A stretch of DNA of 62,534 nt, from the IMG/VR virus record IMGVR_UViG_3300042987_002787, positions 1-62,534 of that record, one strand, 5' to 3'. Numbering within the stretch: the stretch's first letter is position 1; every line of letters starts with the position of its first letter. Positions 47,303-57,129 of this stretch are shown here, piece by piece. Under the pieces are notes generated by a model. The model saw only the letters and a program-made list of their open reading frames with translations. It searched no databases and was not told where the DNA came from. The stretch is from a virus. Lineage: Duplodnaviria > Caudoviricetes. Made by a program: the position numbers and the translations under genes.

Positions 47303-47729
47303 TCTCTGCGCGATAAGCGTCTAAGGTTTTCTTGAACTTGCCGGCATGGCTGCGTTCTGCTTTAGCCAGTGTATCAAACCAGTCAGCAATTTCGTCGAAG
47401 CCTTCATCTCTAGCATCACGAGCCATACCTGGATACATATCAGTATATTCGTGTGTTTCACCATGGATAGCACTTTCTAGAGCCTGTACGATATCACCAG
47501 CTGGCAAACCAGTTTCTGGATCGCCCGAACCACCGGCAATTAGATATTCCATGTGACCATGTGCATGACCTGTTTCACCTTCTGCGGTATGACGGAAGAT
47601 GTTGGCTACGTCAGTTGCACCAGCAATATCGGCCATGTTTGCGAAATACAAATAACGACGATTGGCTTTTGATTCACCTGCAAAAGCATCTTTCAAATGC
47701 TGTTCTGTTTTAGTTCCTGTAATTTTCAT
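47295..47729 (-). CDS. rubrerythrin (ferritin-like, no rubredoxin domain)
   Basis: [15 protein letters not shown]; E..HA.GH; ET.EY..MYP; AE..HA. Confidence 0.92.
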   Translation of the reverse strand: MKITGTKTEQHLKDAFAGESKANRRYLYFANMADIAGATDVANIFRHTAEGETGHAHGHMEYLIAGGSGDPETGLPAGDIVQALESAIHGETHEYTDMYPGMARDARDEGFDEIADWFDTLAKAERSHAGKFKKTLDAYRAENA

Positions 47730-47910
47730 TTTTATCTCCTTATTGAAAAAGTGTTGCATTGCACTATATTATATATGACTAGTAGGCCTATTGTCAACTC
47801 GTTTTTAATAGATTTTTCATGAATATTTTTTTATTGTTCCAATAGAAAAAATCTAAGTCCGTGTTGTCCAATAAATATTTGTGCTTAAGGCTTTCAATTA
47901 TGGATGAACA

Positions 47911-49584
47911 ATGAATCGATATGATGAACTTGAAATATTAATTAAAAAATTTACACGAGCGATACCAGATACCGAAGAATACAATAGCAGATTACAAGAA
48001 GAACTAGAAATTATCGCAAAGCTGGGTTTTGCCAAACATTTTCTTCGTGTTAGAGAAATACTAGATCTTACAAAAGACATTCCACATATTACTAGAGGAT
48101 CAGCAGGTTCAAGCCTGATATGCTACCTTATGGGCATCAGTGATGTAGATCCCATACAGGAACGCATACCATTATCACGGTTTATGAATCCAAAGCGTGA
48201 CGACCTACCAGATATTGATCTAGACTTTCCGCACTGGCAGCAGGAAACAGTGATGAATAGAATATTCAAAAGATGGCCAGGACAGAGTGCTCGTGTATCA
48301 AACTATGTAATGTATAAAGAAAAGTCAGCGGTACGCGAAGCAGCCAAACGCTATGGTGCCAAGGGCAGATTAAAACGCAATTTTAAATTGGCAGATGTGG
48401 TACCTGCTGAATATGTTGGTGAAGCAGAACGACTAGCAGACAAACTGTTAGGAAAGAAACGCTGTATAAGCAAACACTGTGGCGGCATACTGATCTTTGA
48501 TCGTGCGGTACCTAAGAGTTTAATTAACGGCGAGAATCAAATCTTGTTAGACAAATACGAGATAGAAGATCTAGAACATTTCAAGATTGATATCCTGGCT
48601 AATCGAGGATTAAGTCAGCTATGGGAGATTGATCAAAGAGATCTATTAGACTATCCTGAAACTGATGAGGCGACTGCTGCACTACTGAGCAGAGGTGATG
48701 TACTAGGTGTTACACAGGCAGAATCGCCTGCCATGAAACGACTATTTAGAGCTATACGCCCCCAAAGTCGCGCAGACTGTGTGTTAGGTACAGCACTTAT
48801 TCGACCTGTGGCCACACAAGGTCGTCGTAGAGCAAGTGCATTCCAAGATTGGACCAAAGACAATCTGAGCGAAACAATTGTATTTGAGGACGATGCTATT
48901 GAATTGATCGGAGAAATATTAGGCTGTGACCAATACGAAGCAGACATGTGGCGTAGGGCATTTGCTAAGAAGAACGAAGAGAAGATGTTCGAGTTCATGC
49001 AAAAGGTCGGGGATCATCCTCGTAGAGATGATGTGTTGTTGGCCTTACGTGAATTGAGTCACTTTGGCCTGTGTCGTGCCCATGCTATCAACTTAGGTAG
49101 ATTGATTTGGGCACTGGCTTACCAAAAAGCACACAATCCAGAACGGTTCTGGCGTGCAGCACTTAAACATTGCCAAGGTTCGTATGCTAGATGGGTGTAT
49201 TGGCAAGAAGCCAAATTGGCAGGAGCTGTTCCCGCTGTAGGTGAAGGCGGTGAAGTAGCAGACTTGTTACAGGAAGGTCGCTGGCGTAGTGGTAGATTTA
49301 TCCCGGTATGTCAAGAAATTCGTAAACCAGGCCAAGTGGAGTTTTGCGGATTAGTGGCTAACTATCGTGTGTTTAAATCGGGACCAAAAGAATATATTAC
49401 CTTTGCTACACTAGGCACAGGCAATGGCCGGTACCTTGATGTTGTTCTTCCGCATGCCACAAGTTTTCAGGAACAGCCTATCTTGTGGGGAACGGGCAAG
49501 TTGGGGTATAAAAATAATTCAGAATATGTTACAGTATATCGTAGTAAGAAGATGAAACTCTCTGATATTGCACACATAACATGA
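47911..49584 (+). CDS. compact family C DNA polymerase (DnaE-like, no PHP domain)
   Basis: TRGSAGSS, RFMNP.R..LPDIDLDF, SKHCGG, KIDIL, FGLCRAHA. Confidence 0.85.
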   Translation: MNRYDELEILIKKFTRAIPDTEEYNSRLQEELEIIAKLGFAKHFLRVREILDLTKDIPHITRGSAGSSLICYLMGISDVDPIQERIPLSRFMNPKRDDLPDIDLDFPHWQQETVMNRIFKRWPGQSARVSNYVMYKEKSAVREAAKRYGAKGRLKRNFKLADVVPAEYVGEAERLADKLLGKKRCISKHCGGILIFDRAVPKSLINGENQILLDKYEIEDLEHFKIDILANRGLSQLWEIDQRDLLDYPETDEATAALLSRGDVLGVTQAESPAMKRLFRAIRPQSRADCVLGTALIRPVATQGRRRASAFQDWTKDNLSETIVFEDDAIELIGEILGCDQYEADMWRRAFAKKNEEKMFEFMQKVGDHPRRDDVLLALRELSHFGLCRAHAINLGRLIWALAYQKAHNPERFWRAALKHCQGSYARWVYWQEAKLAGAVPAVGEGGEVADLLQEGRWRSGRFIPVCQEIRKPGQVEFCGLVANYRVFKSGPKEYITFATLGTGNGRYLDVVLPHATSFQEQPILWGTGKLGYKNNSEYVTVYRSKKMKLSDIAHIT

Positions 49585-49877
49585 AATCAAGAATACACCT
49601 TTACCCACACACAGGACCAGGTAGTCGCGGATATATTGTAGCTGAACGATCTGCACTAAGATCACTTGCCAGACATCTTGAAGATGCTGCTCGCGGTCTA
49701 GCCGGACTTGAAACTGTTAAATGTTATAGCTCCGATGGTCACGAATACGAACTAGTTATAGCATGTGATGTCTCAGAAGAAGAGTGGCAAAACTTACCAG
49801 GACCCAATGAAAAAAGTTCAGATCCCGGCAAGTTAGCCGTTGTTCAAACCTGGGACGAGTTTAGAAAAACAGACTAG
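49581..49877 (+). CDS. hypothetical protein coupled to the DnaE-like gene
   Basis: ORF directly abutting the polymerase stop. Confidence 0.6.
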   Translation: MKSRIHLYPHTGPGSRGYIVAERSALRSLARHLEDAARGLAGLETVKCYSSDGHEYELVIACDVSEEEWQNLPGPNEKSSDPGKLAVVQTWDEFRKTD

Positions 49878-50066
49878 TTATTTTTTCTTAAAGGAACTAC
49901 ACATCATTTCAAATTCTGCCTGTTTGGAATTAACTTGTCCATAACTGGCGTTTGGATTGCGCTCTCTATATGCGGCTTTTTCTCTTTCAATGCAAGCATC
50001 ATATTCATTGGAACATCCTGCCAGGCTCATCAAAACCAACAACACAATAACAAAAACTTGCAACAT
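49878..50066 (-). CDS. small lipoprotein
   Basis: Lipobox LAGC. Confidence 0.6.
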   Translation of the reverse strand: MLQVFVIVLLVLMSLAGCSNEYDACIEREKAAYRERNPNASYGQVNSKQAEFEMMCSSFKKK

Positions 50067-50068
50067 TT

Positions 50069-50311
50069 TTAGCTCCTATATTCTCCAAAGTTCATTGGAA
50101 TAAATTCTGTACTGGGTTTAAATACTGGCTTGTTTACTTCGGGATCAAATTTAATATAGAATCCCGCCAGTTCCCCGTCTTTGATATTAACCTCTATATC
50201 GGTAACCTGTTTACCTGTTTCCTGCTCAACTGCGGCAATGATAATATTTTTTGCTACATCTGCGTCAATAGTGGCTGTCATAGATACATCAATCTTAAAG
50301 TTGTATGGCAT
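50069..50311 (-). CDS. hypothetical protein
   Basis: AAGGAG SD. Confidence 0.6.
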   Translation of the reverse strand: MPYNFKIDVSMTATIDADVAKNIIIAAVEQETGKQVTDIEVNIKDGELAGFYIKFDPEVNKPVFKPSTEFIPMNFGEYRS

Positions 50312-50334
50312 ACTTGCTCCTTGTTTATAATTTA

Positions 50335-50973
50335 CTATCTACGCATTAAATTGTCAACAAAATCTAACAAATAACTGTGCTTTGGTGCTTGCCATCTCTT
50401 ACGCATCCAGGTATAATCTTGATACCAATGTTGTTCTGCTTCGGGGTGACAACCAATTAGTCCTATTCTATCTTGCATAATAGCCATTGGAGCACCATTG
50501 GGATAAGTTGCTATGGTATCAAATCCTGTGCCATAATATGTGCAGCCGTCGTAAAAATACATACTGGTTTTTGTGCTTTGCCAGTCTACTGCCATTTCCT
50601 TAGCGTGTGGCCTGCGAGTGCAAGAATGAGGATGTCTTATATACTGTTGCACTCTAACCCCATTCATCAAACCAAAGTAGTCTGTATCTGCCCAATACGC
50701 ACCCATACAAATACCTAGATAACGACCACCGGCTGCAACATAATTTCTAATAGCTTGTTGATGAATACGCATTAGATAGTCGTAACTATCGGCTTCACCT
50801 ACTCCGCCTGGCACAGCAATCAAATCTACATCAGTAAAAAAATCCTGTTCTAGTTCGTGTCGTGTGAAGATTTTGAAGTTGTAATACTGCCCTAATGCTC
50901 TTATGATGCCGTTAGCGGACTGCACAGAGCATTTTGGTTGATGAATAAACAGAGCAATAGTGGCTCGGCGCAT
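50335..50973 (-). CDS. class I glutamine-amidotransferase-like (BPL_N-type) protein
   Basis: VPGG, GGRYLGICMGAY, GCHPE. Confidence 0.8.
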   Translation of the reverse strand: MRRATIALFIHQPKCSVQSANGIIRALGQYYNFKIFTRHELEQDFFTDVDLIAVPGGVGEADSYDYLMRIHQQAIRNYVAAGGRYLGICMGAYWADTDYFGLMNGVRVQQYIRHPHSCTRRPHAKEMAVDWQSTKTSMYFYDGCTYYGTGFDTIATYPNGAPMAIMQDRIGLIGCHPEAEQHWYQDYTWMRKRWQAPKHSYLLDFVDNLMRR

Positions 50974-51070
50974 GATTGATATAAGTTTCCTTTGTATTTA
51001 GCGATAAAAAAAAGCCCTTTCGGGCTATGCCGGTTACGAGTTCCGGCAGCACTCTATCGTTGTGCCCGAT

Positions 51071-51781
51071 TTAACTCCAATATTTGTTGTCTAATTTATT
51101 CCAATAACTAGGGTTATTACGATTGAGAAAATTTTGAATCAAAAACCATGCCATTCCAAAATAACCCATTTTTTTAAATCTACGACTGTCCTGACCAAAA
51201 TAATGCTCTATGATTTTAAATTTTTTAGGTGCGTACATGCGTGATAAAAAGAAATCTTCTGATGTTGAAAACCTTTCACTGAAACCACCATATTCTTCAA
51301 ATCGATCGCGTCTGGTCAGCATGAAAGCTCCTACCGCAAATGGAGCAAAATATTTCAGCATATGATTAACTTTGTTAAAAATCCAAAAACCAATTATGGC
51401 ACGAGAATCGCTGTCATAACATTTTATGTTCGCAGTTACTAAATCTAAATCGTTGTTTTCTAGTTCATCAACAGCATCACGAATAACATAAGGATCAAAA
51501 AATATCACATCAGCATCAATAAAAAGAATATACGGAGTTGTAGCCAGTTGTGCTCCTCTATTTCTAGCCACAGCCACTGGTCCGCCGTCGATGATTTCAA
51601 TGTTTAAAAAAGACTGGTTGTCTTTAATAATCTGTCTAGTATTGTCTGTAGAGCAGTCTGCTATTACGATTTTTGTGCCACTGAGTCGTTGTTTTCGTAA
51701 CGAATCCAGCAGATTTGTAATGTAATTTTCTTCATTACGCGACGGTACTACAATTGTAATTTTTTTGTCTAATGTATTCAT
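51071..51781 (-). CDS. family 2 glycosyltransferase
   Basis: IVVPSRNEE, ARNRGA, LFIDAD, GGF...ED. Confidence 0.88.
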   Translation of the reverse strand: MNTLDKKITIVVPSRNEENYITNLLDSLRKQRLSGTKIVIADCSTDNTRQIIKDNQSFLNIEIIDGGPVAVARNRGAQLATTPYILFIDADVIFFDPYVIRDAVDELENNDLDLVTANIKCYDSDSRAIIGFWIFNKVNHMLKYFAPFAVGAFMLTRRDRFEEYGGFSERFSTSEDFFLSRMYAPKKFKIIEHYFGQDSRRFKKMGYFGMAWFLIQNFLNRNNPSYWNKLDNKYWS

Positions 51782-51948
51782 TTTTTAACGCACCGTCCTT
51801 CTACTCGAAAATTATTAAATTTTAACCAATAATTCATACTTGATAAAGTTTGTTCGCAGGTTATTTGATCTACGAATTCTAGTGTAATTCTTCCTGGTAC
51901 GTCCCGAGGATCATTGATGTGTACCGCTATCAATATCATCAACCACAT
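51778..51948 (-). CDS. small two-Cys protein (MWLMILIAV..., 56 aa)
   Basis: Manually translated; ATGA-coupled to the GT2 gene. Confidence 0.55.
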   Translation of the reverse strand: MWLMILIAVHINDPRDVPGRITLEFVDQITCEQTLSSMNYWLKFNNFRVEGRCVKK

Positions 51949-52699
51949 TATCTGTTGTCCTAGTCCATGAAACTATTTCCCACTTACCGTCATGATGTTC
52001 AACTAAGGCACTAAGTGATTCTACCCAGTCACCATCATTCATATATGTAATACCATCAATAGTTTTGATTTCTGCATGATGTATGTGTCCACATATCACA
52101 CCATCATAGCCTTTCTTTTTACAATACTGAGCTAGAGTTCGTTCAAACTCAAAAATAAAATCAACTGCTCGCTTTACCTTGTGCTTAAGGAAACGGCTAA
52201 GACTAAAATAGCCAAAACCCATTCTATGGAGGATCCAATTAACTCTATTATTAACTGATAAGATGAACTCATATGCTTTGTCTCCTAAAAAGTTTAACCA
52301 TGGTGCCAGTCTAGTAATACCGTCGAACATGTCTCCGTGTACCACAATATATCTTCGTCCATCTACCCCCACATGTTCAACATGATTGTGTAACTCTATC
52401 ATTCCAAAATTTAAATTATATTGTAAATAAGGTCTCAAAAATTCATCATGATTGCCTAACACATATACCACTCGGGTTTTTCTTTTAGCATGTCCCATGA
52501 TTCTACGCACAACATTGGTGTGACTTTGTCGCCAACGCCATTTGTTTTGCTTGATTTTCCATGCATCAATTATGTCACCTACCAGATAAAGAGTTTCACA
52601 GGTGTTATGTTTCAAAAAATTATTGAGTGCTTCGGCTTTACAATCTTTAGTTCCCAGGTGAACATCACTGATAAAAATACTACGATAAGTTTTGTTCAT
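51911..52699 (-). CDS. LpxH2/PlcP-like metallophosphoesterase (putative phospholipase C)
   Basis: YRSIFISDVHLG..C.AE, LVGDIID.W, GNHD, HGD.FD, CGHIH, N.GDWVES. Confidence 0.8.
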   Translation of the reverse strand: MNKTYRSIFISDVHLGTKDCKAEALNNFLKHNTCETLYLVGDIIDAWKIKQNKWRWRQSHTNVVRRIMGHAKRKTRVVYVLGNHDEFLRPYLQYNLNFGMIELHNHVEHVGVDGRRYIVVHGDMFDGITRLAPWLNFLGDKAYEFILSVNNRVNWILHRMGFGYFSLSRFLKHKVKRAVDFIFEFERTLAQYCKKKGYDGVICGHIHHAEIKTIDGITYMNDGDWVESLSALVEHHDGKWEIVSWTRTTDNVVDDIDSGTHQ

Positions 52700-52704
52700 A
52701 CAAA

Positions 52705-52738
52705 TATTTAAGGTTTCTAAGATTACATTTTTGTTACA
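52705..52738 (-). promoter_or_regulatory. Pho-box-like promoter
   Basis: TGTAAC-N5-TGTAATCTTAG-N6-TAAATA, same as upstream of pstS. Confidence 0.65.
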
Positions 52739-52791
52739 TTGCGCAAAAAAAGGCACCAAAGTGCCTAAAAAACATTTGATTTTTTTTGTTG

Positions 52792-54201
52792 TTAGAAACT
52801 TAATTGACTTCTAAACAGAATAGCACGATCGCCGTTCACACGACTGCCTGAACTACCAACAGGCGCATCGAACTTGGTATCAACATAGTTTACCATAAAT
52901 CTTAGATTGTCAGTACAGAACCAAGTGATACCGTATGTCATAGCAGTAGCACGATTTGTTTTGCCAGCCGCTACTACAATAGGACCGGCGTCAAACTCAC
53001 TCATACGTACACCCACTTGCCATGCACCACGACCACCTTTGTCGATAGGATTGTTTGGCTTTATCCAACCAAACGCACCATCTTTGTATGCGTGACTTTC
53101 ACCTGTCAAATTATAAACCGCTTGTACATAATAACCTTTGATTTCTTGATCATTACCTGTGGCAGGATCATATTTAAATTCAAACTGCTCACCTTGTAGT
53201 TTTAAAGCATTGTAAGCAAATGCGGCTTCAAGTCCTTGGCGTGTGCGTGATGTAGTTCCGGTGAGTGCCGGACCCACAAACCAATTTGATTGTGAACGGG
53301 CTTCAGTGCGACCACTTGCGGGTGTAACACCGCCTTTGATATCACCCATACTATATGCTGCACCTAAGTGTGCCACATACGCTTTACTGCCAGTGACTTC
53401 GGCAATGTTTGTTGTTACACGACCAATGTAGTCAAAACTGTCATTGGCAGCATCTTTGTTTGCTTTACCACGACTGATAGCCAGCGCATATGTCAATCCT
53501 GGTTTTGGCACACCATGTAACATGAAACCAGTCTCTTTTGCCGGGATTAATTCAGAATCATTTTGACCAATAAGACTGCGTTCCATAAAGTCTAGATTAT
53601 TTGAACTAGTCAATTGTTCTAGGCTGAATGGCATCTTAAACAAACCCAACTGAAACTGCATTTCTGGATTAGCAGCATAATTAACCCACATTTCATCTGC
53701 TGTGGTTGATGTAGAACTGAAACCATCACCTGCACCAAAGTTTGCTAACAATTGATACTTAAAGTCTTTGGCAAATTGACCACGAACACCAAATCTTGCA
53801 CGACGAACCTCTGCTAAGTTTTGATACGAATCTGTGGTTTGGCCGACACTGTAATCCGGTGAGTAGTGTCTATAGTCCATGTGAATTCGACCCGTAAACT
53901 GGGCAGTATTGTTCCCGTCTCGAGATTTGAGACCGATTCCGGATTCTGTGACTGATCCGTCGTTGATTCTGGCTTGTCGGTATTTGTTTGATTCGCTAAC
54001 ATCTTTGTCGATTCTTTGTTCTGCGAATTTTTTGTTTTCCGCTTTTTCTTCGTGTTCTTGCACTTTAACATCATATTCCTTTTGTGTCAAGATACCTTTA
54101 TCGCGTAAGATATTTAGAGTATCAATGTATTCATCTGCATAAGCAGGTATACTAAATGCCAAGGAAACAGCCAGTGCAATTTTTGTAAATGTTTTCATCA
54201 T
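52792..54201 (-). CDS. phosphate-selective porin (OprO/OprP family)
   Basis: Signal peptide, RRARFG, FK.PFSLE.L.SS....F.ERS, C-terminal Phe; next to pstS. Confidence 0.85.
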   Translation of the reverse strand: MMKTFTKIALAVSLAFSIPAYADEYIDTLNILRDKGILTQKEYDVKVQEHEEKAENKKFAEQRIDKDVSESNKYRQARINDGSVTESGIGLKSRDGNNTAQFTGRIHMDYRHYSPDYSVGQTTDSYQNLAEVRRARFGVRGQFAKDFKYQLLANFGAGDGFSSTSTTADEMWVNYAANPEMQFQLGLFKMPFSLEQLTSSNNLDFMERSLIGQNDSELIPAKETGFMLHGVPKPGLTYALAISRGKANKDAANDSFDYIGRVTTNIAEVTGSKAYVAHLGAAYSMGDIKGGVTPASGRTEARSQSNWFVGPALTGTTSRTRQGLEAAFAYNALKLQGEQFEFKYDPATGNDQEIKGYYVQAVYNLTGESHAYKDGAFGWIKPNNPIDKGGRGAWQVGVRMSEFDAGPIVVAAGKTNRATAMTYGITWFCTDNLRFMVNYVDTKFDAPVGSSGSRVNGDRAILFRSQLSF

Positions 54202-54206
54202 AGTCC

Positions 54207-55232
54207 TTATTTCCAAATTGCGTTACCGTCTGGACCTTTGAAGTCCTTTTTCCAATTTTCCTGTACTAATTTGATTACATCAGCTGGCATGTGGACATAT
54301 TCTAGTTCTGTTGACATTTGACCACCATTTTTGTAGGCCCAATCAAAGAATTTTAGTACAGCACGACCTGTCAATGCATCAGCTTGTTGTTTGTGCATTA
54401 GAATGAAACTAGCACCCGTTGCTGGCCATGAATCTCGACCTGTTTGCCAAGTTAGTAACAAATACATACCTGGAGCATTTGCCCAATCAGCACCTGCTGC
54501 GGCTGCTTTAAATGTAGTGTCATCTGGTAGTACAAAATTACCATCGCGATTCTTTAACGCTGCATAAGGAATTTTGTTTTTCTTAGCATAGGCATATTCC
54601 ACATAGCCAAATGCACCCTTTAATCTTTGCACTTGTGCTGCTACACCTTCATTACCTTTGCCGCCTACGCCTACTGGCCACTTAACTGCTGTGCCCTCTC
54701 CTACAGTCTTTTGAAAGTCTGCGTTAGCTTTGCCTAAAAAGTTTGTCCATACAAAGGTTGTACCGGATCCATCTGCACGATGAACCACTGTGATATTCAT
54801 TGCAGGCAAGGTTACCCCTGGATTAAGTTCCGCGATAGCCTTGTCATTCCATTTAGTAATCTTACCTAGATGAATGTTGGCGATTACATCTGGAGTGAGT
54901 CTTAGTTTACCAGATTCAACACCATCAAGATTGAATACTGGTACTACACCACCAATAATTGCTGGGAACTGCACTAGACCTTCTTTGTCTAATTCTTCTT
55001 TCTTGAGTGGCATATCACTGGCACCAAAGTCAACCGTCTTTGCTTTAATTTGACGAATGCCGCCGCCTGAACCAATTGATTGATAATTTAGACCAATGCC
55101 AGTTTGTGCTTTGTAGGCCTCTGCCCACTTAGCGTAAATAGGAAATGGGAATGTTGCTCCTGCTCCTGTAAATTCTGCTGCTGTAGCAGACACCGCTAGT
55201 GTAGCAAATAGGATTGCTAAAAGTTTTTTCAT
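54207..55232 (-). CDS. pstS: phosphate ABC transporter substrate-binding protein
   Basis: GAGATFP.P.Y.KW, GSGGG, DFGASD, RADGSGTT. Confidence 0.95.
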   Translation of the reverse strand: MKKLLAILFATLAVSATAAEFTGAGATFPFPIYAKWAEAYKAQTGIGLNYQSIGSGGGIRQIKAKTVDFGASDMPLKKEELDKEGLVQFPAIIGGVVPVFNLDGVESGKLRLTPDVIANIHLGKITKWNDKAIAELNPGVTLPAMNITVVHRADGSGTTFVWTNFLGKANADFQKTVGEGTAVKWPVGVGGKGNEGVAAQVQRLKGAFGYVEYAYAKKNKIPYAALKNRDGNFVLPDDTTFKAAAAGADWANAPGMYLLLTWQTGRDSWPATGASFILMHKQQADALTGRAVLKFFDWAYKNGGQMSTELEYVHMPADVIKLVQENWKKDFKGPDGNAIWK

Positions 55233-55267
55233 ACTGTAATCTCCATTAAATGTGCATCGCACAATAA

Positions 55268-55301
55268 TATTTAAACACACTAAGATTACAATTCCGTTAC
55301 A
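55268..55301 (-). promoter_or_regulatory. Pho-box-like promoter of pstS
   Basis: TGTAAC-N5-TGTAATCTTAG-N6-TAAATA; 11-bp-periodic direct repeat. Confidence 0.65.
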
Positions 55302-55375
55302 AAACACTGTTTCTATTAAAATATTTTGCCATAAAAAAAGCCCGCCGAAGCGAGCTTTTAATGCTACTTTTGGAC

Positions 55376-55645
55376 TCAGTCAACTAAACCCATTGCAATG
55401 GCTTTGTAACCAGCTGCTACGATCTTGCGGCTTGCTTTGCCATGCTTGTACTCGGTTACACGAACGCCGTTTCCTGCCTTGCGAGTGTTAGCGTAGATTG
55501 GGAAACCTGCGTAACGAATTTCGCTAACGGTAGCACGCGGATTCTTGATTGAGAATCGCTTTTGAATTTGACTAGCAGTTAGAGACTCTCCTTCAAGGAC
55601 GAGAGCACGGAACAACTTACCTTGTTTTGTTTTTAGATCAAACAT
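55376..55645 (-). CDS. putative helix-turn-helix DNA-binding protein
   Basis: LTASQI..RF.I.NPRATVS.IR..G. Confidence 0.6.
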   Translation of the reverse strand: MFDLKTKQGKLFRALVLEGESLTASQIQKRFSIKNPRATVSEIRYAGFPIYANTRKAGNGVRVTEYKHGKASRKIVAAGYKAIAMGLVD

Positions 55646-55719
55646 TAATATCTCCTAATTAGATATGCTGTACGACAGCATCTAAGTATTATAAGCGAGT
55701 GTTTTAGAAAAAGCAACTA

Positions 55720-55902
55720 CTATTTGTCCGTTTTATCCTCTTGTTTAACCAAACTCCAAGATCCGTCTTTGTTGTCGATCCACTCTAGTACATCACCTTC
55801 TTGCCAGCCCACATCCGCTAACATTTCGTTGGTAAAAGGTAGAATTAAATCTCCAGTTTCAGGATCTTCTTCCAGTGTTACTACCCACCTTTTACTCGCC
55901 AT
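55720..55902 (-). CDS. AbrB/MazE-like small protein
   Basis: GDLILPF...L...GW.EGD.L.W. Confidence 0.6.
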   Translation of the reverse strand: MASKRWVVTLEEDPETGDLILPFTNEMLADVGWQEGDVLEWIDNKDGSWSLVKQEDKTDK

Positions 55903-56219
55903 CCTTGTCGCCTCGATTTTTGGCCGATCTTGCCTTGATGTTTTTTGCCAAACACTTAACAGTTTCCCTTATATAATGACGTTCTCGGTCTTTGTTGAAA
56001 CTGAGCGCAGCTATAACTTTATCGCCTTTTTTTACTCGAACTGCTTTGCTATCATATCCCATCACTTGTCCTCTTGTTTTAAATAATCGTACTTTACTAA
56101 AGTATGGAGACGATCTGCGCAGTCTCTAATATCATCACTGAGCAAACCTGAACCAATTTCTTTTTCTACAAATCTAGCTATCTCATGCAGGTTCATTACC
56201 GCTTGATTTAAGTTTTCTA

Positions 56220-56624
56220 TCATGATTTTACACTCTCAATATGCTTGCAGGTTCTACGAAATTGAAATCCTGGACATGTACAATTCCAAGAATTCTGATC
56301 TTTAATTACAATGTAATCGGATCCTTTGCTACCTTTTACTGTCCACTTTTGAGAATGATGTTTAACTGGCTGTGAACTGGCTTTGCGCCCATCTAAATAA
56401 TCTAAAACAATTACTTTGTTAATTGGTATTTCTCTAATTGATACCGGACTATCAAAGTCCGTTTTTAAACGTATATAATCAGTTGGAGTAAATTTTGTAG
56501 GTGATTCAACAGTACCATTTAATGTTGTATGGATAACTCCTTCATTTCCTAGCAAATAACTAGAAGACGAAAAAGTTATTTTAACTTGTGCACCAGTCAC
56601 CGGCATAGAAAATTGTGTATTCAT
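56220..56624 (-). CDS. SWIM zinc-finger protein
   Basis: V.GSKG..Y.V...W.CTCPGF.FR..CKHI. Confidence 0.8.
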   Translation of the reverse strand: MNTQFSMPVTGAQVKITFSSSSYLLGNEGVIHTTLNGTVESPTKFTPTDYIRLKTDFDSPVSIREIPINKVIVLDYLDGRKASSQPVKHHSQKWTVKGSKGSDYIVIKDQNSWNCTCPGFQFRRTCKHIESVKS

Positions 56625-56668
56625 ACTCTAAGTATAACACACAATGGAATAAAGGTCTAGCTTGCCTT

Positions 56669-57085
56669 TTAAATATCTAGTACACCGCTAATAAAGAACT
56701 CTTCAGGAATATCCGCTGCACTATTATAGGCTATGTCTTCAATTGATCCCGGAGTATCCCAACCTGGGTCGAGTAAAAAAGCGTCTACATAAGTTCTAAA
56801 TTCAGGATCGTAATTGTTAGGAGCGCCCGATACATTCCAAAATATGCAAGCACTATAGAAGTCACTATCGTTGTCTAAATATGCCCAAAGTGGTGGTGTA
56901 ATCATGTTAGCGATATCAAAATACTCATTTTGTCTCGCTCTTGCTAATTCAAATTGATTTTGATCAAAATTTGGATAGTTTTGAATTAGCCAATTTTTCA
57001 ACAAGTCATGATTATTATTAATGTCGCAATGCGGTACTATAGATCCATTGTGAACTGGGTGCGTAATTTTAATAAAATGGTGCAT
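56669..57085 (-). CDS. hypothetical protein
   Basis: AGGAG SD and upstream TAAATA. Confidence 0.6.
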   Translation of the reverse strand: MHHFIKITHPVHNGSIVPHCDINNNHDLLKNWLIQNYPNFDQNQFELARARQNEYFDIANMITPPLWAYLDNDSDFYSACIFWNVSGAPNNYDPEFRTYVDAFLLDPGWDTPGSIEDIAYNSAADIPEEFFISGVLDI

Positions 57086-57129
57086 TGAAAACTCCTAGTG
57101 TATTATTGATTATTTATCAACGCTTTGTA

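Noticed and set aside
47806-47856. OxyR-like site upstream of rubrerythrin (TAGATTTTT...AAAAATCTA inverted repeat)
   Set aside because: ATAG/CTAT spacing does not fit the N7 consensus and the region is very AT-rich; not supportable
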